Below, one piece after another: positions 61,751 through 64,000 of a DNA stretch of 64,000 bases. Within the stretch, counting starts at the first letter, position 1; each line of letters begins with the position of its first letter. The stretch comes from the human T2T-CHM13v2.0 reference genome, Homo sapiens, in the NCBI RefSeq assembly GCF_009914755.1, contig NC_060927.1. One strand, written 5' to 3'. A program made the translations under genes and the position numbers. The notes under the pieces are model-generated. The model was not told the DNA's origin. It ran no database searches and saw nothing but the letters and a program-made list of their open reading frames with translations.

Positions 61751-64000
61751 GTTTATACTATATGAAAAGAGCATGTTTTCCAAATATCTAATCTTGTTTT
61801 ACTATCACTTTGTTACACCTGATACCTCTGACATTCGCCTTTGTCGTCAGCAGCTTTTTCAACTTTTAAAAGCAAATTATACAGTATATTTGAAAGCATT
61901 TGGCTGTGTAGACATAGCCATAATGTAATGTAGCAAGTTTCACACTCCTAGCAAGGGATACAGCCAAGGGAGTACACACATATATATGTGTTGAATTGGA
62001 TTAAATCACATACACTTCAGAAGATTAACTTCTAGTAATAGGTTCTGTGTTCTGGCATTGATAGCAAAAAGAATCATTCAGCACGTTTGGGAAAAGATTG
62101 ACTATCAAGTGTCATCCTTTTCTGGCATTGGTTTTATGACTTCCGTTGTCTTGATGATTGTTCTTAGGATTTGTAAAGTGTTTTCGGTAGAAATGACTTT
62201 TATTCCTTTGTAATAGAAACGTGTTTTATTTTCAGTTCCTACTTTCAGCATTGGAGCAGAGCTATAAAGCACTGCTGTTTGATTTTATTGAAGGGAACTT
62301 TTCCCAAAGTTAAGTGGGCTCACAGCAACAAGGAGCAACACAGAGATCCTTACTGTCGTTATGCAGAGAGTTACAGATCTCAAATGTAGATTAAATGGGT
62401 TGCTGCCCTGGGGAGCTTGCAGTCAGCAAAGATGTACCCAGTACACTGTATACACAAAAGTGAGAGGAGTGAGAAGCGCCTTGGGTTTCTGAGTGAGGTC
62501 TCATGTGTAACTTCAAAGTGGGTAATGAAATATTTGACTTGGACAAATCTGAGTATCAGGACAGAGATTTTAAATAGAGGGGAATTAGGGAAGCCTGAAA
62601 GAAGAGTTTGTAATTCTTAGTCCTTGTGAGACCTGAAAAAAAAAAAAGGTTTAGGTGGACACGATGTTTAGAAAATGTCATGAAATAGTTGATGTTGCTA
62701 CTTGAGGGAGAGTACGCCAGAAATAATGCATGTTCGGTTTCAGATATTTTTAGAGTTGAATTAAGTTTCATTTTTAAGAGAACAAGATTGTTCAGCTGCC
62801 TTAAATATTTTGAGCTCACCAGAGAAAATTATTTAAAACAGGCTAGCTAATACTTAAAAATGAAAAAGTAAAACTCACATTGAGTTATGCAATTGAAGTC
62901 TTTGAACAGATTAGGAAATATGACTTTATAGTAAATAACGGAATTTTGTACATTTATTTATAGGAATTTTCCCCATGAGGAGTCTTATTGTTGCTGAATC
63001 AACTAATAATAACTACAGCATTTATTGCTGTTATTGCTGTCACTGTTAACAGCATTTCTTGAGCACTTATGGAATCCCCGGTATTGTGATAAGCAGGGAT
63101 ACGGTGCTAACTGCATTTCAAGGTTGAATCAGCTCCCGATGTGTGCTGGGTAATGATCTAGGTTGTTTGGAGAAGCTTGTCAGCCATGGGAATGCCCCAT
63201 CCCTTGCTGTTGTGGGGTTGTTTTTTTTTTTTTTTTGGCCTGTTTGAAAATGGTCAGTCCCTCACCAGGTCTATTGGCTCTCTGCCACGGTTCTTCTGTT
63301 GTGCAGTGATACAGTGTTCCCCATTTCATTAGTAAATGTTTGCTGGGTTCTATGTATATTTTGTCCGTTTTATGACTTATTATTCAGATAGCCTGTGAAA
63401 GAGATACGTTATTCTCATTTCGTGGATGAGGATGGTGATGTGCAGGTGGTGCACAGAACCCCTCAGCGTAAGTGTCCAAACTTGGCTCCAGAGCCTGTGC
63501 TGGACACCACTGGTCAGTGAGGACAAGAGTGTGACAGTGTAATCACTGCCCTCTAGGTATTTGCAGTATGAGTAGGGGACATGCATCCAAACAATCAAAT
63601 ATTAGAGAAGGAAGACTTCATAGTGACAGGAAGAAAATACAGAGGAAGTCTTAAGGAATAAGCCACTGAGGGAACTTGGGACATCCAGGAGATTCACAGA
63701 GGAAGTGACTTAGGTGTATACTTTTGCAAGAAGAGACGCTTCCTAGGAGGACACAGCTGGAGTGGGCTGTTGTTCAGGGAAGGGCATTTCTGACAGAAGG
63801 ATGAAGTCTGCAGAGAAATACGTTATCAAATAGTTTGACTTGTTGCACCTCCAGGATTTAACTTCAGCTTGAGCATCAGTTACCAGTGGGGAGGTGCTGA
63901 AAGCCTGTGTGAAGGTTTGTTTGCCAGAGTGAGATATGTGAGTTCCCTCTGGTGCATGATGAAAAGCCATGGAAGGGTTTATTATTACTATTATTGTTAT

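Overview
Primate (human-like) genomic DNA containing the CpG-island promoter and 5' part of MED12L (Mediator kinase-module subunit 12-like) on the + strand. I read a probable non-coding first exon (donor after 14994) and four coding exons (15985-16083, 45377-45481, 51823-52014, 56865-57024; 99/105/192/160 nt, all GT-AG, encoding 185 codons); the gene continues beyond the window. The rest is intronic or intergenic and rich in Alu, MIR, L2, old L1, MaLR LTRs and hAT DNA transposons, plus microsatellites. Nearly all ORFs in the supplied track are repeat- or GC-derived artefacts. There are no prokaryotic features, and I cannot claim a new biological system. Most interesting: (i) a uORF in the upstream exon plus an out-of-frame overlapping uORF starting 10 nt before the MED12L ATG; (ii) exons 2-4 bracketed by inverted Alus, predicting a 457-nt circRNA with a 176-codon stop-free frame across the back-splice; (iii) a chimeric Alu carrying 67 bp of flank copied from 42 kb away; (iv) a 38-bp locally templated insertion inside another Alu; (v) candidate poison-exon and recursive splice sites. 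Repeat subfamily names and boundaries were assigned by eye and are approximate.
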